Shown here piece after piece: positions 1 to 10,553 of a stretch of 64,000 nucleotides of DNA. The notes beneath the pieces are model-generated. The model was not told where the DNA came from. It worked only from the letters and a program-made list of their open reading frames with translations, and did no database searches. This DNA is from Spirulina sp. (GTDB lineage Bacteria > Cyanobacteriota > Cyanobacteriia > Phormidesmidales > Phormidesmidaceae). The stretch lies in contig JBIPSI010000020.1 in the NCBI GenBank assembly GCA_044070495.1, positions 43,122 to 107,121 on the forward strand, read 5' to 3'. The translations under genes and the position numbers were made by a program. How positions within the stretch are numbered: the first letter of the stretch is position 1; each line of letters opens with the position of its first letter.

Positions 1-1
1 C

Positions 2-367
2 ATCACGGGTGGCGGACGACCTGGCTCTCAAGCTGTAGCAACTGCGTCGTTTATTCAGGTTTGTTCTATCACCAATAGGCCGCTGGCCCAGGTTTTGCAG
101 GCCGAGCTAGATTATGGCGAAGCTGAGGCGATTGCTCTGTTTCTGGAGAACCCCACCGATGCTTTGCTGCTAGATGAAAAAAGTGCGCGGCGAGTAGCCG
201 CCAGAATGCGCTTGCCCGTGCTGGGAACGGTGGGGATTTTGATTTGGGCCAAACAGAATGGCCTAATTGCCAGCCTCAAGGAGCAATTAGATCGACTGAC
301 CAATCAGGGCGGTTTTCGCCTAGGGCAGCGAATTTACCATCGGGCCTTGCAGCAAGTAGGAGAATAG
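2..367 (+). CDS. DUF3368 / PIN-like TA-associated protein (5' partial)
   Basis: Frame open from the window start; motifs LDYGEAEAIAL, LLLDEKSARR, GTVGILIWAKQNGLI are typical of DUF3368. Confidence 0.85.
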   Translation: MTGGGRPGSQAVATASFIQVCSITNRPLAQVLQAELDYGEAEAIALFLENPTDALLLDEKSARRVAARMRLPVLGTVGILIWAKQNGLIASLKEQLDRLTNQGGFRLGQRIYHRALQQVGE

Positions 368-373
368 GTTCTC

Positions 374-451
374 TTATCTCGCTTTCGTTTCTGCGGCAGG
401 GGCACCGCGCAGCATTCCTTCGGTACTGAGGTTTTCGCCTAGGGATTCCCA
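374..451 (-). pseudogene. 3' remnant of a DUF2442 gene
   Basis: Translates WESLGENLSTEGMLRGAPAAETKAR*, near-identical to the C-terminus of the DUF2442 ORF at 2182 (WESLDEDLSTEGMLRGAPSPEARTR). Confidence 0.75.
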
Positions 452-517
452 GCAGGAGAGGTGGATTGGTAATAGCTGTGGTATTCAAGTCTGTCTGGGT
501 AGCTGTAGTTAGGTGGC

Positions 518-760
518 TCAATAGCGCAGCCATTTGGTGAGCACACGCATGGGTCTGCCCGTTTTGGGGTCAATCTGAGGTTTACTCCAGGCTCTAGCTT
601 CGGCAAAGCCCAGGCGATGGAGGATTTTGACCACCAAGTCGAGGCCAGTGGCGGAACCGATGATGGTAATGAGAATCGGTTCGCGACTGGGCTGGGTAGG
701 CGCAGGGTCGCTGGGTGGAGCGCTGTAGATTTCGCTGTTGGGGATGAATTCTTCTGACAT
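518..760 (-). CDS. Conserved small cyanobacterial hypothetical protein, divergent from an XRE regulator
   Basis: REPILITIIGS...LHRLGFAEARAWSKP...MRVLTK resembles a recurrent cyanobacterial family; ATG at 760. Confidence 0.65.
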   Translation of the reverse strand: MSEEFIPNSEIYSAPPSDPAPTQPSREPILITIIGSATGLDLVVKILHRLGFAEARAWSKPQIDPKTGRPMRVLTKWLRY

Positions 761-775
761 AAGCACACCAGGTCA

Positions 776-831
776 ATGTAGTCACAAGTGTGACATTAGC
801 ACAGGCGCGATGTATCCACAAGTGTGACATT
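776..831. promoter_or_regulatory. Tandem putative operator pair in the divergent promoter
   Basis: Direct repeats ATGTAGTCACAAGTGTGACATT (776-797) and ATGTATCCACAAGTGTGACATT (810-831); the first holds the perfect palindrome GTCACA-N2-TGTGAC. Confidence 0.6.
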
Positions 832-864
832 TACCTTCGCGTGCGGCTCTGACAAGATTAGGGC

Positions 865-1113
865 ATGGGAAGGGCAAGCGACGCACTGAAGCAGGTTTTA
901 GACACCTACAGCATTAGCCAGAACAAGCTGGCGGTGACGATGGGCATTAGTCGCGCCAATGTGGGGCGCTGGTACCATGGGCTTGACCCCAGTGCTGAAA
1001 ACATTGCTCAGATTACCCAGGCACTTAAAACCCTGAACCCCCTGGCGGCTAAGGAGTTTGTTAAGCTCTATCTAGGTAACCTTGTCGAAGATGACCAGGC
1101 TAGCGAGTCATAG
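865..1113 (+). CDS. XRE-family helix-turn-helix transcriptional regulator
   Basis: ISQNKLAVTMGISRANVGRWYHGLDPS HTH_3 signature. Confidence 0.85.
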   Translation: MGRASDALKQVLDTYSISQNKLAVTMGISRANVGRWYHGLDPSAENIAQITQALKTLNPLAAKEFVKLYLGNLVEDDQASES

Positions 1114-1138
1114 GTGATGGGCTTTTGGATGAATCTCT

Positions 1139-1258
1139 ATGAAGGCAACAGCGTTTGACCAAAAGTTTGACGAGGGCCAAGAGGACATTATCGATGACCT
1201 CGACTTATCTCAACTCAAACGCCCTGGGTACGAACAGCGGCGCATTGATTTCCCAATT
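1139..1258 (+). pseudogene. Truncated BrnA/CopG-type antitoxin
   Basis: MKATAFDQKFDEGQEDIIDDLDLSQLKRPGYEQRRIDFP matches the N-terminal half of BrnA-like antitoxins; C-terminal RHH helices missing. Confidence 0.65.
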
Positions 1259-1286
1259 TTAGATACTAAGCTCAAAGATAAAGCCG

Positions 1287-1535
1287 ATGACTCAACTCAG
1301 TGCTCTAGAAATACCTGATGCCCTCTATACCCAAATTCAGGGTATGGCCTTGTCTCAGTCTCGCTCTATGAACGAGCAAATTGTGGCACTACTTCAGCGG
1401 GCGCTAGACATTGAAGCCCAGCGGCATAGCCAAGCAAAAATCTTACAAGAGATTCATCAAGCACGATGGACACCTCCTGAAATCGTCCCCGACAGCGTAA
1501 CCCTTTTACGAGAAATTCGGGGATACGATGAGTGA
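1287..1535 (+). CDS. FitA/Arc-like ribbon-helix-helix antitoxin
   Basis: IPDALYTQIQGMALSQSRSMNEQIVALL RHH pattern, ending DSVTLLREIR; overlaps the downstream PIN gene. Confidence 0.8.
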   Translation: MTQLSALEIPDALYTQIQGMALSQSRSMNEQIVALLQRALDIEAQRHSQAKILQEIHQARWTPPEIVPDSVTLLREIRGYDE

Positions 1536-1962
1536 CCCCACCCGCTGCGTGGTTGATGCTAGCGTTGCTATTAAGCTTTTCATCGAGCAAGAAGGATCGG
1601 CCCAAGCCGAAGCGCTCTTTGACCAACTCAGTACCCAACCAGGCACCGAGTTGTATGTACCGGATCTGTTTTTTGCTGAATGTGCCAATGTGCTCTGGCA
1701 GTATGTGCGCCGGGTCAACTACCCGCCGGATAAAGCAAAAGCAAGTTTGGCTCGGCTGAAGACGTTGTCTTTGCAGACGGTCGCTATTCAAGACGTTGTC
1801 AGTGAAGCGTTAGAGATTGCGATTACCCACAACATTTCAGCCTATGATGCCTGCTATGTTGAATTATCTGAACGCTTGCAGTTGCCTCTAGTGACCGCCG
1901 ATCAGAAATTGATTCGTGCGCTTGCAGGTACGAATTACCAAATTCAAAACTTGATGGATTGA
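1528..1962 (+). CDS. vapC: VapC-family PIN domain toxin
   Basis: VVDASVAIK...ECANVLW...ISAYDACYVELS...LVTADQKL acidic PIN catalytic residues. Confidence 0.9.
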   Translation: MSDPTRCVVDASVAIKLFIEQEGSAQAEALFDQLSTQPGTELYVPDLFFAECANVLWQYVRRVNYPPDKAKASLARLKTLSLQTVAIQDVVSEALEIAITHNISAYDACYVELSERLQLPLVTADQKLIRALAGTNYQIQNLMD

Positions 1963-2177
1963 AATCGAGAATATTTTTTCGGCTGAGGGCAATACGCTCG
2001 AATATCTTCTGATCCCAGTGTTAGCAAAGCCAGAGTCTCCCCCGACTCAGCCACAAATTCTACTTCAAAAGCTTGTCTGTCCGCGTAGCAATGAACAATC
2101 GCACCCCGACTACCCTTCGATAAGCCATGCTCAGGTATATCGTGGGTCAGCATAACGACATCGAGTTCTTTAATCAT
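1944..2177 (-). CDS. DUF4926 domain protein
   Basis: MIKELDVVMLTHDIPEHGLSKGSRGAIVHCY...FEVEFVAESGETLALLTL. Confidence 0.85.
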   Translation of the reverse strand: MIKELDVVMLTHDIPEHGLSKGSRGAIVHCYADRQAFEVEFVAESGETLALLTLGSEDIRAYCPQPKKYSRFQSIKF

Positions 2178-2181
2178 GTCG

Positions 2182-2424
2182 TCACCTTGTTCTTGCTTCT
2201 GGGGAAGGTGCGCCACGCAGCATTCCTTCGGTACTGAGGTCTTCGTCGAGGGATTCCCAATGAATGCCGTAGCCGCCGCTGCAAATTTCCCACTGGGCAA
2301 GCTGTTCGGGTGGGGCATTCAACAGACGCGGATACCAAACCAGCGGCACGGTAACGGTGCGGCCATCCATTAAATCAACGCTGATGGTGTCTTCTGCGAA
2401 GTGGATATCTTTGACCGTAATAAT
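2182..2424 (-). pseudogene. DUF2442 domain protein, probably 5'-truncated
   Basis: VKDIHFAEDTISVDLMDGRTVTVPLVWYPRL...GYGIHWESLDEDLSTEGMLRG; in-frame stop at 2425-2427 with no ATG before the conserved start region. Confidence 0.7.
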
Positions 2425-2542
2425 TCACTCCCCTCCTGGCTAAATCGCTATAACCTTTTATCTCTCATTCAAAGGTAGGGGTGGTGTGAACAGTTGCCTT
2501 TAGCGTCCTTTACCCTTTACCCGCTTACTGGAAGATACAACT

Positions 2543-2680
2543 TTAATAGCCTGCCTTATAAGACTTCCAAGCAAGATACCAAAAAAGGGGAAGTGTGATA
2601 GGCCATAATGGAAGAATTACTCCGAGAATCAAGAATATAACAGTCCTGAATTTAACAGTATTTGCTTGTTCCGCAGCCAT
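2543..2680 (-). CDS. 45-aa hydrophobic membrane microprotein
   Basis: MAAEQANTVKFRTVIFLILGVILPLWPITLPLFWYLAWKSYKAGY*, preceded by strong RBS AGGAGGAG; below the ORF-track length cutoff. Confidence 0.65.
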   Translation of the reverse strand: MAAEQANTVKFRTVIFLILGVILPLWPITLPLFWYLAWKSYKAGY

Positions 2681-2874
2681 AGTGACTCCTCCTGCATCAG
2701 CCTACATTAGCTAAACATGTTTCAATTTTCAACAATCTATGACGCAATCATTGAATTGACAAAGAGCATATCTAAGACTAACCCAAGCCAAGAGATATGA
2801 ATCTGCGCATTATTGAAATTTAAATCAAGTAAAGTCCTATTAGATTATACTATCTAAATGTTCTCTCAAGTCGT

Positions 2875-3597
2875 TTAGCGAGATTTAAACCACAAAATCC
2901 CCCTCTTTACTCCTGCATTAACGTCATCTAATATACTTTTAACATCCTTCACTGTATTAAACAGGCCATTGCCAATTGAATCGCCAATATCACCAATATC
3001 TTCTATCACCTTTTGCTCTCGCCTAAAAATAGTGTAGTCGGATGAGCCTGGAAGCATTCTAAAATTAGCCTCATACAATGCGGTACAGCTTTCTGCATAA
3101 GGCAAAAGATTATATACTTCTTCTCCCTTCCTTAAAGAGTTCAGCGCATCTTGACCAGCAGTTGTAGTCGCAGTAAATAGAGATGTGTAAGTTGAAATAT
3201 TTTTGTGCCATTCTAAATTACTACCTTGTGAAAACCCCTGCGATTGGTTTGGCTTCTGAATGACTTGGCTGATGATTTCCCCTGCGGCTGTCTTTGCTAT
3301 TACAATTGTTCCTTTGGCGATTTCCGCTCTCCACTTACGTGCCTGCTCAACTCTGGCCTTGAAAGTGGTGCTTATCGGCAGAGAAAGCTCGCCTTCAATG
3401 AGAAGATAATCATGAATATTAGCGAATTTAGCTTTTGCAGCAGAACCATGAAACTCTTGTTCAGTTTCAACTATCCAGACTTTTTCGTTTTTCTTTAAAT
3501 CCTCTTCTGAAAGAAGCTTTACCCAACAACTCGGACAAAATAAAAGTCCTTCCCAGACCCTTTGATTGCAATTTTCGCAACGAATTCGATTTTCCAC
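2875..3597 (-). CDS. Hypothetical protein with N-terminal zinc ribbon
   Basis: CENC-x10-CPSC at the N-terminus; AGGAGGA RBS before GTG; AT-rich. Confidence 0.7.
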   Translation of the reverse strand: MENRIRCENCNQRVWEGLLFCPSCWVKLLSEEDLKKNEKVWIVETEQEFHGSAAKAKFANIHDYLLIEGELSLPISTTFKARVEQARKWRAEIAKGTIVIAKTAAGEIISQVIQKPNQSQGFSQGSNLEWHKNISTYTSLFTATTTAGQDALNSLRKGEEVYNLLPYAESCTALYEANFRMLPGSSDYTIFRREQKVIEDIGDIGDSIGNGLFNTVKDVKSILDDVNAGVKRGILWFKSR

Positions 3598-3636
3598 CCT
3601 AAGTATCCTCCTGAAAATAAGTCAAACTCAAAAAGT

Positions 3637-4338
3637 CTATTTTGAAGTGAGAACAAGTTTTAGCACCTCCTCGAGATGTTCTAGACCGCAACCAATAGGA
3701 CTACCCGCCCATTCAACTAGGGCACTAACTCGATCTGCCTGTGGAGATGTCGCAGAAGGAATATTTCCAGAGGGTACCTCTAGTCCAAACACAACTCGAT
3801 TAAATTGAGGTGGCGGTAAACTAGAAAGTATTTGATAGAGTTGACTTAGCTTATTAAAGCGCTCAAGCTTTCGTTTCTTGTCAAGATATGCACAAGCTGC
3901 TGGATCCCCAAGTTCTGCAAGCAGGATTAGCTTCAGTTCTTCAGTGTCAAGTCCCAAGTTTTCAAGTACTCGATTTGCCACTCCTTCTCCATCTCGGATA
4001 ATTGCCAGCAACAAATGCTCAGTTCCTTGATAACCATGACCAAGCTTTCTTGACTCTTCCAATGCAAACTCTAAGATTCTCTTTGCCCTTGGGGTAAATG
4101 GAATTTCTTCTGCTACAGCGTCATTTCCAAATCCAATAATTTGCTCTACCTGGACTCGAGAATTATGCCAGTTAACACCATATGAATTTAGTATCTTGGC
4201 AGCAATCCCACTTCCTTCACCAATGAGTCCAACCAAAATTTGTTCAGAGCCAACAAAATTATGTTTTAGACGACGGGACTCTTGTTGAGCAATCATAATC
4301 GCCTTGATTGATTCATTAGTAAAATGTTCAAACATCAT
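3637..4338 (-). CDS. ClpC N-terminal (double Clp-N) domain fused to a C-terminal Death-like/effector-associated domain
   Basis: [34 protein letters not shown]...[30 protein letters not shown] is ClpC-N; no AAA+ domain; tail [16 protein letters not shown]...[18 protein letters not shown] is EAD/bDLD-like. Confidence 0.75.
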   Translation of the reverse strand: MMFEHFTNESIKAIMIAQQESRRLKHNFVGSEQILVGLIGEGSGIAAKILNSYGVNWHNSRVQVEQIIGFGNDAVAEEIPFTPRAKRILEFALEESRKLGHGYQGTEHLLLAIIRDGEGVANRVLENLGLDTEELKLILLAELGDPAACAYLDKKRKLERFNKLSQLYQILSSLPPPQFNRVVFGLEVPSGNIPSATSPQADRVSALVEWAGSPIGCGLEHLEEVLKLVLTSK

Positions 4339-4646
4339 TCTCAACTGGGGGATCTTCCGGGGTCAGGGGGATAAGACAAGCTAATGTCTAGGCACAGCAA
4401 AGCTTTCAGCAGGCTCAATACAAACACTACGTATCGAATGATACGGTTTTAACCGCAGATCCGGCAGAACCTAACTAACTGGCCCTGTGCAGTAAATGAG
4501 GAAGTTTTTATTTTTATAGTAATGTTACACACATATTATCACATCTAATTTCCACAGAAATTAGAGCAAATCCTTGATTACAACCCTTACTTATCCTATA
4601 GACAAGAATCGATCAGTCAAACAGGGACTGCTAAATTCTAGCTTAG

Positions 4647-4678
4647 CAAAAGGGATAGACGCAAACGCCTATCCCCCC
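4647..4678 (-). terminator. Intrinsic terminator downstream of chlN
   Basis: Minus-strand stem GGGATAGGCG/CGTCTATCCC followed by TTTT. Confidence 0.55.
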
Positions 4679-4821
4679 TTGGGATTTCGAGTTTGTATGC
4701 CTCGCCCGTTAAGTCAGTGAGGCTCAGCCATGAGATGCACCTAGCGCCCATCGGTCTAGAGCAGCATGCTTAAGCGGGAAGCGCTGCTTGCCAAAGGTAG
4801 GTGCTCATGAAAATTACGTGT

Positions 4822-6754
<1,933 letters not shown>

Positions 6755-6859
6755 AGATCCTCGTGGGCGGGGTTCGCCAATCTCTAGTTCAGAGATGGAT
6801 TAAACCAGAAAACCGTACCGGGAGTCAGTGATATACCAGTGATTTGCTAGGGAGATTCG

Positions 6860-7207
6860 CTATAAATCAGAGCCATCGGACAGTAGGGGATGATCTTCGT
6901 TGGCTTCGATGGTGGTCGTTTCTTCGCCGTTGTCCAAAATCATCTCTGGGTCGAAATTGAGACCCAACACCTGTACCAGGGCGTCTTCATCAGAGTTGAG
7001 CTGATAGAAGGGCACCATCAGGTTCGAGAGCTTTGGCTCTAGGGCATTGACCACCCCCAAAATCAGGAAAGAGGACGGTCGGCGGCCCCCATCGGGCGTA
7101 CGGACAGAGGTTTGCTGCATTTGGATGGTCAACCAGCCGCGATTGGCTTGCACATAGTCCAACCACTTCTGGCGGATGACCTGGGTAAAGTTCTCAAAAA
7201 AGGCCAT
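6860..7207 (-). CDS. DUF5331 family protein (second paralogue)
   Basis: MAFFENF..IRQKWLDYVQANRGWL...TPDGGRRPSSFLILGVVNALEPKL...LGLNFDP. Confidence 0.85.
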   Translation of the reverse strand: MAFFENFTQVIRQKWLDYVQANRGWLTIQMQQTSVRTPDGGRRPSSFLILGVVNALEPKLSNLMVPFYQLNSDEDALVQVLGLNFDPEMILDNGEETTTIEANEDHPLLSDGSDL

Positions 7208-7308
7208 AATCCTGCCTCGTTTGCTAAGTTGAATGGCTGCGTACCGATGATAATGCAGCCCTTCCAAATCAGAACTTTATCCGGTGAGATCTTTGCAGCG
7301 GGGGGGAT

Positions 7309-7406
7309 GCCCTCACCCTAAATCCCTCTCCCAAGCTGGGAGAGGGACTTTGAAATTGTCTTCCGGCTCCCCTCTCCTCCCTGGGAGAGGGGCTGGGGGT
7401 GAGGGC
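7309..7406. repeat. Dispersed palindromic repeat (GCCCTCACCC...CTCTCCC..GGGAGAGGG...GGGTGAGGGC family)
   Basis: Terminal IR GCCCTCACCC/GGGTGAGGGC with two internal hairpins; related copies at 15776, 28414, 56509. Confidence 0.85.
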
Positions 7407-7414
7407 CGATAGGA

Positions 7415-8296
7415 TCAAACCATCATCAGATCCAGCTCCTCCACCTCCTGCTTGGGGGCATCGGCGGGGGGATTGAGGTAGAAGTCCGACAGCAGGCTGA
7501 ATAGGTCGCGGTCGGGGGTTTCGGTGGGTACTACGCCTTCGGGACGGGCCAGGATTTGGTCGGCGATGTTGAGGTAGTACTGGCAGACGGGTTCCAGGGC
7601 GGGATCGGTTTCCGCCATTTCAAACACCGTCTTACCCTTCACGCGGGAGATGCGGATGTCTTCAATCAGCGGCAGAATCTCCAGCACGGGCATGGGCACA
7701 TGCTCGACGTACTTGTCGATCAAATCCCGCTTGGAGGTGCGGTTGCCGATCAAGCCTGCCAGCCGCAGGGGGTGAGTACGGGCCTTCTCGCGTACCGAAG
7801 CCGCAATACGATTGGCGGCAAACAGGGCATCAAAGCCGTTGTCGGTGACGATCATGCAGTAGTCGGAATAATTCAACGGGGCCGCAAACCCACCGCAAAC
7901 CACGTCGCCCAGCACGTCAAACAAAATCACGTCAAACTCGTCGAAGGCGTTCAGTTCCTTCAGCAGCTTCACGGTTTCGCCCACCACATAGCCACCGCAG
8001 CCTGCCCCCGCCGGAGGCCCACCCGCTTCCACGCAATGCACGCCGCCATAACCCTTGTAGATCACATCCTCCGCCCACACGTTCTCGTAATGGAAATCTT
8101 TTTCTTGCAGCGTGTCGATGATGGTGGGAATCAGAAACCCGGTGAGGGTAAAGGTGCTGTCGTGCTTGGGGTCGCAGCCAATTTGCAACACCTTGCGACC
8201 CCGCTTAGCCAGGGCCACGGAAATATTGCAACTGGTGGTGGACTTGCCAATGCCCCCTTTTCCATAAACAGCGAGCTTGAGTGTCTGGTTGTCCAT
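7415..8296 (-). CDS. chlL: Light-independent protochlorophyllide reductase Fe protein
   Basis: [24 protein letters not shown]...GCDPKHDST...[13 protein letters not shown]; start MDNQT. Confidence 0.97.
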   Translation of the reverse strand: MDNQTLKLAVYGKGGIGKSTTSCNISVALAKRGRKVLQIGCDPKHDSTFTLTGFLIPTIIDTLQEKDFHYENVWAEDVIYKGYGGVHCVEAGGPPAGAGCGGYVVGETVKLLKELNAFDEFDVILFDVLGDVVCGGFAAPLNYSDYCMIVTDNGFDALFAANRIAASVREKARTHPLRLAGLIGNRTSKRDLIDKYVEHVPMPVLEILPLIEDIRISRVKGKTVFEMAETDPALEPVCQYYLNIADQILARPEGVVPTETPDRDLFSLLSDFYLNPPADAPKQEVEELDLMMV

Positions 8297-8334
8297 AGGG
8301 ATGACGCGATGTAGGTAGGGCAAACGAGAAGTGG

Positions 8335-8443
8335 GATCCCCCCTAGCCCCCCTTGTTAAGGGGGGAACTGGAGTCAAACTCCCTTTTTGGGAAGGGGGAA
8401 TCAGAGTCAAAGTCCCCCTTCCCAAGGGGGATTTAGGGGGATC
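8335..8443. repeat. Dispersed palindromic repeat (GATCCCCCCTAGCCCCCTT..AAGGGGG..GATTTAGGGGGATC family)
   Basis: Terminal IR GATCCCCC/GGGGGATC enclosing three C-run/G-run hairpins. Confidence 0.8.
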
Positions 8444-8928
8444 AAATCTAGGCAACAGTTCACCCAGGGGCACCTTGCGGTTTGGGGATAGGCCACCCGC
8501 AACGGCAGGGCACCCCCAGAGGATCTGTTTTCAAACTTGGTCTACGTCGATGGGGTCTGACGCAGCCCAGGGTGTTTCGGCTGTTTGGATTATGCGCACA
8601 GCCCCAGAGCCTTGAGAAGGGGCGTTGAGAACGACTAGGGGCGTAAATCAGTCCTTAATAGACTAAATCGATTTTAAGCAGCTTTCCTAGCCTCAAAATC
8701 TGATTCAAGGATTTATAAATCCTAAAAATCAGTTTTGTGTAAATATTAAAATTAAATTAGAACAATAACAAAAACCAAATCCTTAAATCTTTTAGCGCAG
8801 AATATTTCCGCCTAGGTAGTGGCAATCGGGCCATCCTCCCGCCTAGGCCGTTGCCCGCCAAACCTGGCCAACGCCCAAACCATCAAAGGGTCAGGTCTTC
8901 TGTCCCTGGGTGTCTGACATTCTCAAGG

Positions 8929-9013
8929 GTAGGTTGGGTGCAGTGAAGCGAAACCCAACGCTCACGGAGGTTTTGGGGCTTGTTGGGTTCTGCTATCGCG
9001 CCACCCAACCTAC
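8929..9013. repeat. REP doublet (GTAG-type, REPIN-like)
   Basis: GTAGGTTGGGTG...AACCCAAC...GTTGGGTT...CACCCAACCTAC; same-length copy at 15019-15103. Confidence 0.8.
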
Positions 9014-9507
9014 GAGAAATCAAGGCCTCGCGGAGTTGTATCAGTCAGCCAGATCCTGACCTCTAACGTCTCCCAATGCTGTAGAGGACAGCCCGATGCA
9101 GAATCTTTGGCCCATCGCGTAGGGTGCATTCGCGAAGCAATGCACCACCCAGCAGTTTCGACCGAGTCATCAGCCTGACAGGCTCGTTGATTCGGTTCTT
9201 GGCCTGTCGCGATCCCTGGCCGCGATTCAACGAAATCGAACTTTCTCTATAGATTTGTAAAACTTTTGTCTGTGCAACGAACTGTTGCCGATTGTGTGGA
9301 GATAGTTGCAATCCTCTTTCTCCCACTGGCCCCATGCAGGAGGTGAGTCTCAGTGGTGGATGGGGTCAGGAATTTTTGGCGCTGGCCGAGCCGTTCGATG
9401 GGGCGATGGTTGTGGATCAACCCTAGCAATGGCGGTTTTCTCCGGCATTTCTCAGGAAGATGGGTTCTAATAAGTCATTGTCCCTAGTTATTCCAGCGAG
9501 TTTGCCG

Positions 9508-10542
9508 ATGGTTGCCTCCCCCCCCTCTGTTTCCGCCGTTTCCACTGAATCTGCCGCTGTCCTTGGCGTAACGCCCTTTGATCAGCGGATTGGCCAACCC
9601 CTCACCAAGCTGCCGATTACGGTGCTGCAAATTAACCTAGGGCGGCGCTGCAACCTGGCCTGCACCCATTGCCATGTAGAAGCAGGGCCAAAGCGCACGG
9701 AGGAACTCTCGGCAACGGTGTGCGACCAGCTCATTGAGGTGATTCGCCGCTATCCGCAACTTGCCACGGTAGATTTGACCGGTGGTGCCCCAGAGATGAA
9801 CCACGGCTTTCGGCCCATCGTAGAGGCGGCCAGGGCGGCGGGCAAAACCGTGATGGTGCGCACGAATTTGACCATCTTTTTTGAACCGGGCTATGGCGAC
9901 CTGCCGGACTATTTCGCCCACCATCAGCTTCAGGTAGTGGCTTCGATGCCCTGCTACCTAGAAAACAACGTTAACCAGCAGCGCGGATCGGGGGTCTACG
10001 ATGCTTCGGTGCGGGCCTTGCAATGGCTCAACCAACTGGGCTATGGCCAAGACCCCAACCTGCGGCTAGATTTGGTCTACAACCCCCCCGTGCCCCGCTC
10101 CGCCGAGTTCTCCCTCACCCCGCCCCAGGCCCAGCTCGAGGAAGACTATCGCGCCTACCTGAAAACCCACTTCGGCATTGCCTTCAACCAGCTCTATACC
10201 CTCACCAACCTGCCCATTGGCCGCGTCAAACAAGCGCTAATGGCTCAGGATCTCCATGAACCCTACCTTCAGTTCCTCTCGCTGCACCATAATGACGCCA
10301 CCGTGGCTAATGTCATGTGCCGCAACCAGCTTTCCGTGGATTACCTAGGAAATCTCTACGACTGCGACTTTAACCAAATGGAAGGGGTGCCCTGCCGCCT
10401 GCCCAACGGTCAACCCTTCACCGTGGCAGATTTGCTAACGGAAGCGGGATTAGATCAGCTTCAAACGGTGCAAACGCGGCCCTACTGCTATGGCTGCACG
10501 GCGGGCAGCGGATCTAGCTGTGGCGGTGCGTTGGTGGATTGA
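9508..10542 (+). CDS. arsS: Radical SAM protein, ArsS (arsenosugar biosynthesis)/DUF3641 family
   Basis: QINLGRRCNLACTHCHVEAGP CxxxCxxC motif; YDCDFNQM; C-terminal CYGCTAGSGSSCGG. Confidence 0.85.
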   Translation: MVASPPSVSAVSTESAAVLGVTPFDQRIGQPLTKLPITVLQINLGRRCNLACTHCHVEAGPKRTEELSATVCDQLIEVIRRYPQLATVDLTGGAPEMNHGFRPIVEAARAAGKTVMVRTNLTIFFEPGYGDLPDYFAHHQLQVVASMPCYLENNVNQQRGSGVYDASVRALQWLNQLGYGQDPNLRLDLVYNPPVPRSAEFSLTPPQAQLEEDYRAYLKTHFGIAFNQLYTLTNLPIGRVKQALMAQDLHEPYLQFLSLHHNDATVANVMCRNQLSVDYLGNLYDCDFNQMEGVPCRLPNGQPFTVADLLTEAGLDQLQTVQTRPYCYGCTAGSGSSCGGALVD

Positions 10543-10553
10543 GTATTGACCCA

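Noticed and set aside
8297..8473. 59-aa N-terminal extension of ChlL
   Set aside because: It reads through a palindromic repeat element; conserved ChlL begins near 8296
9063..9429. Short minus-strand ORFs upstream of arsS
   Set aside because: No motif or RBS, and overlap with a REP-like hairpin; probably non-coding
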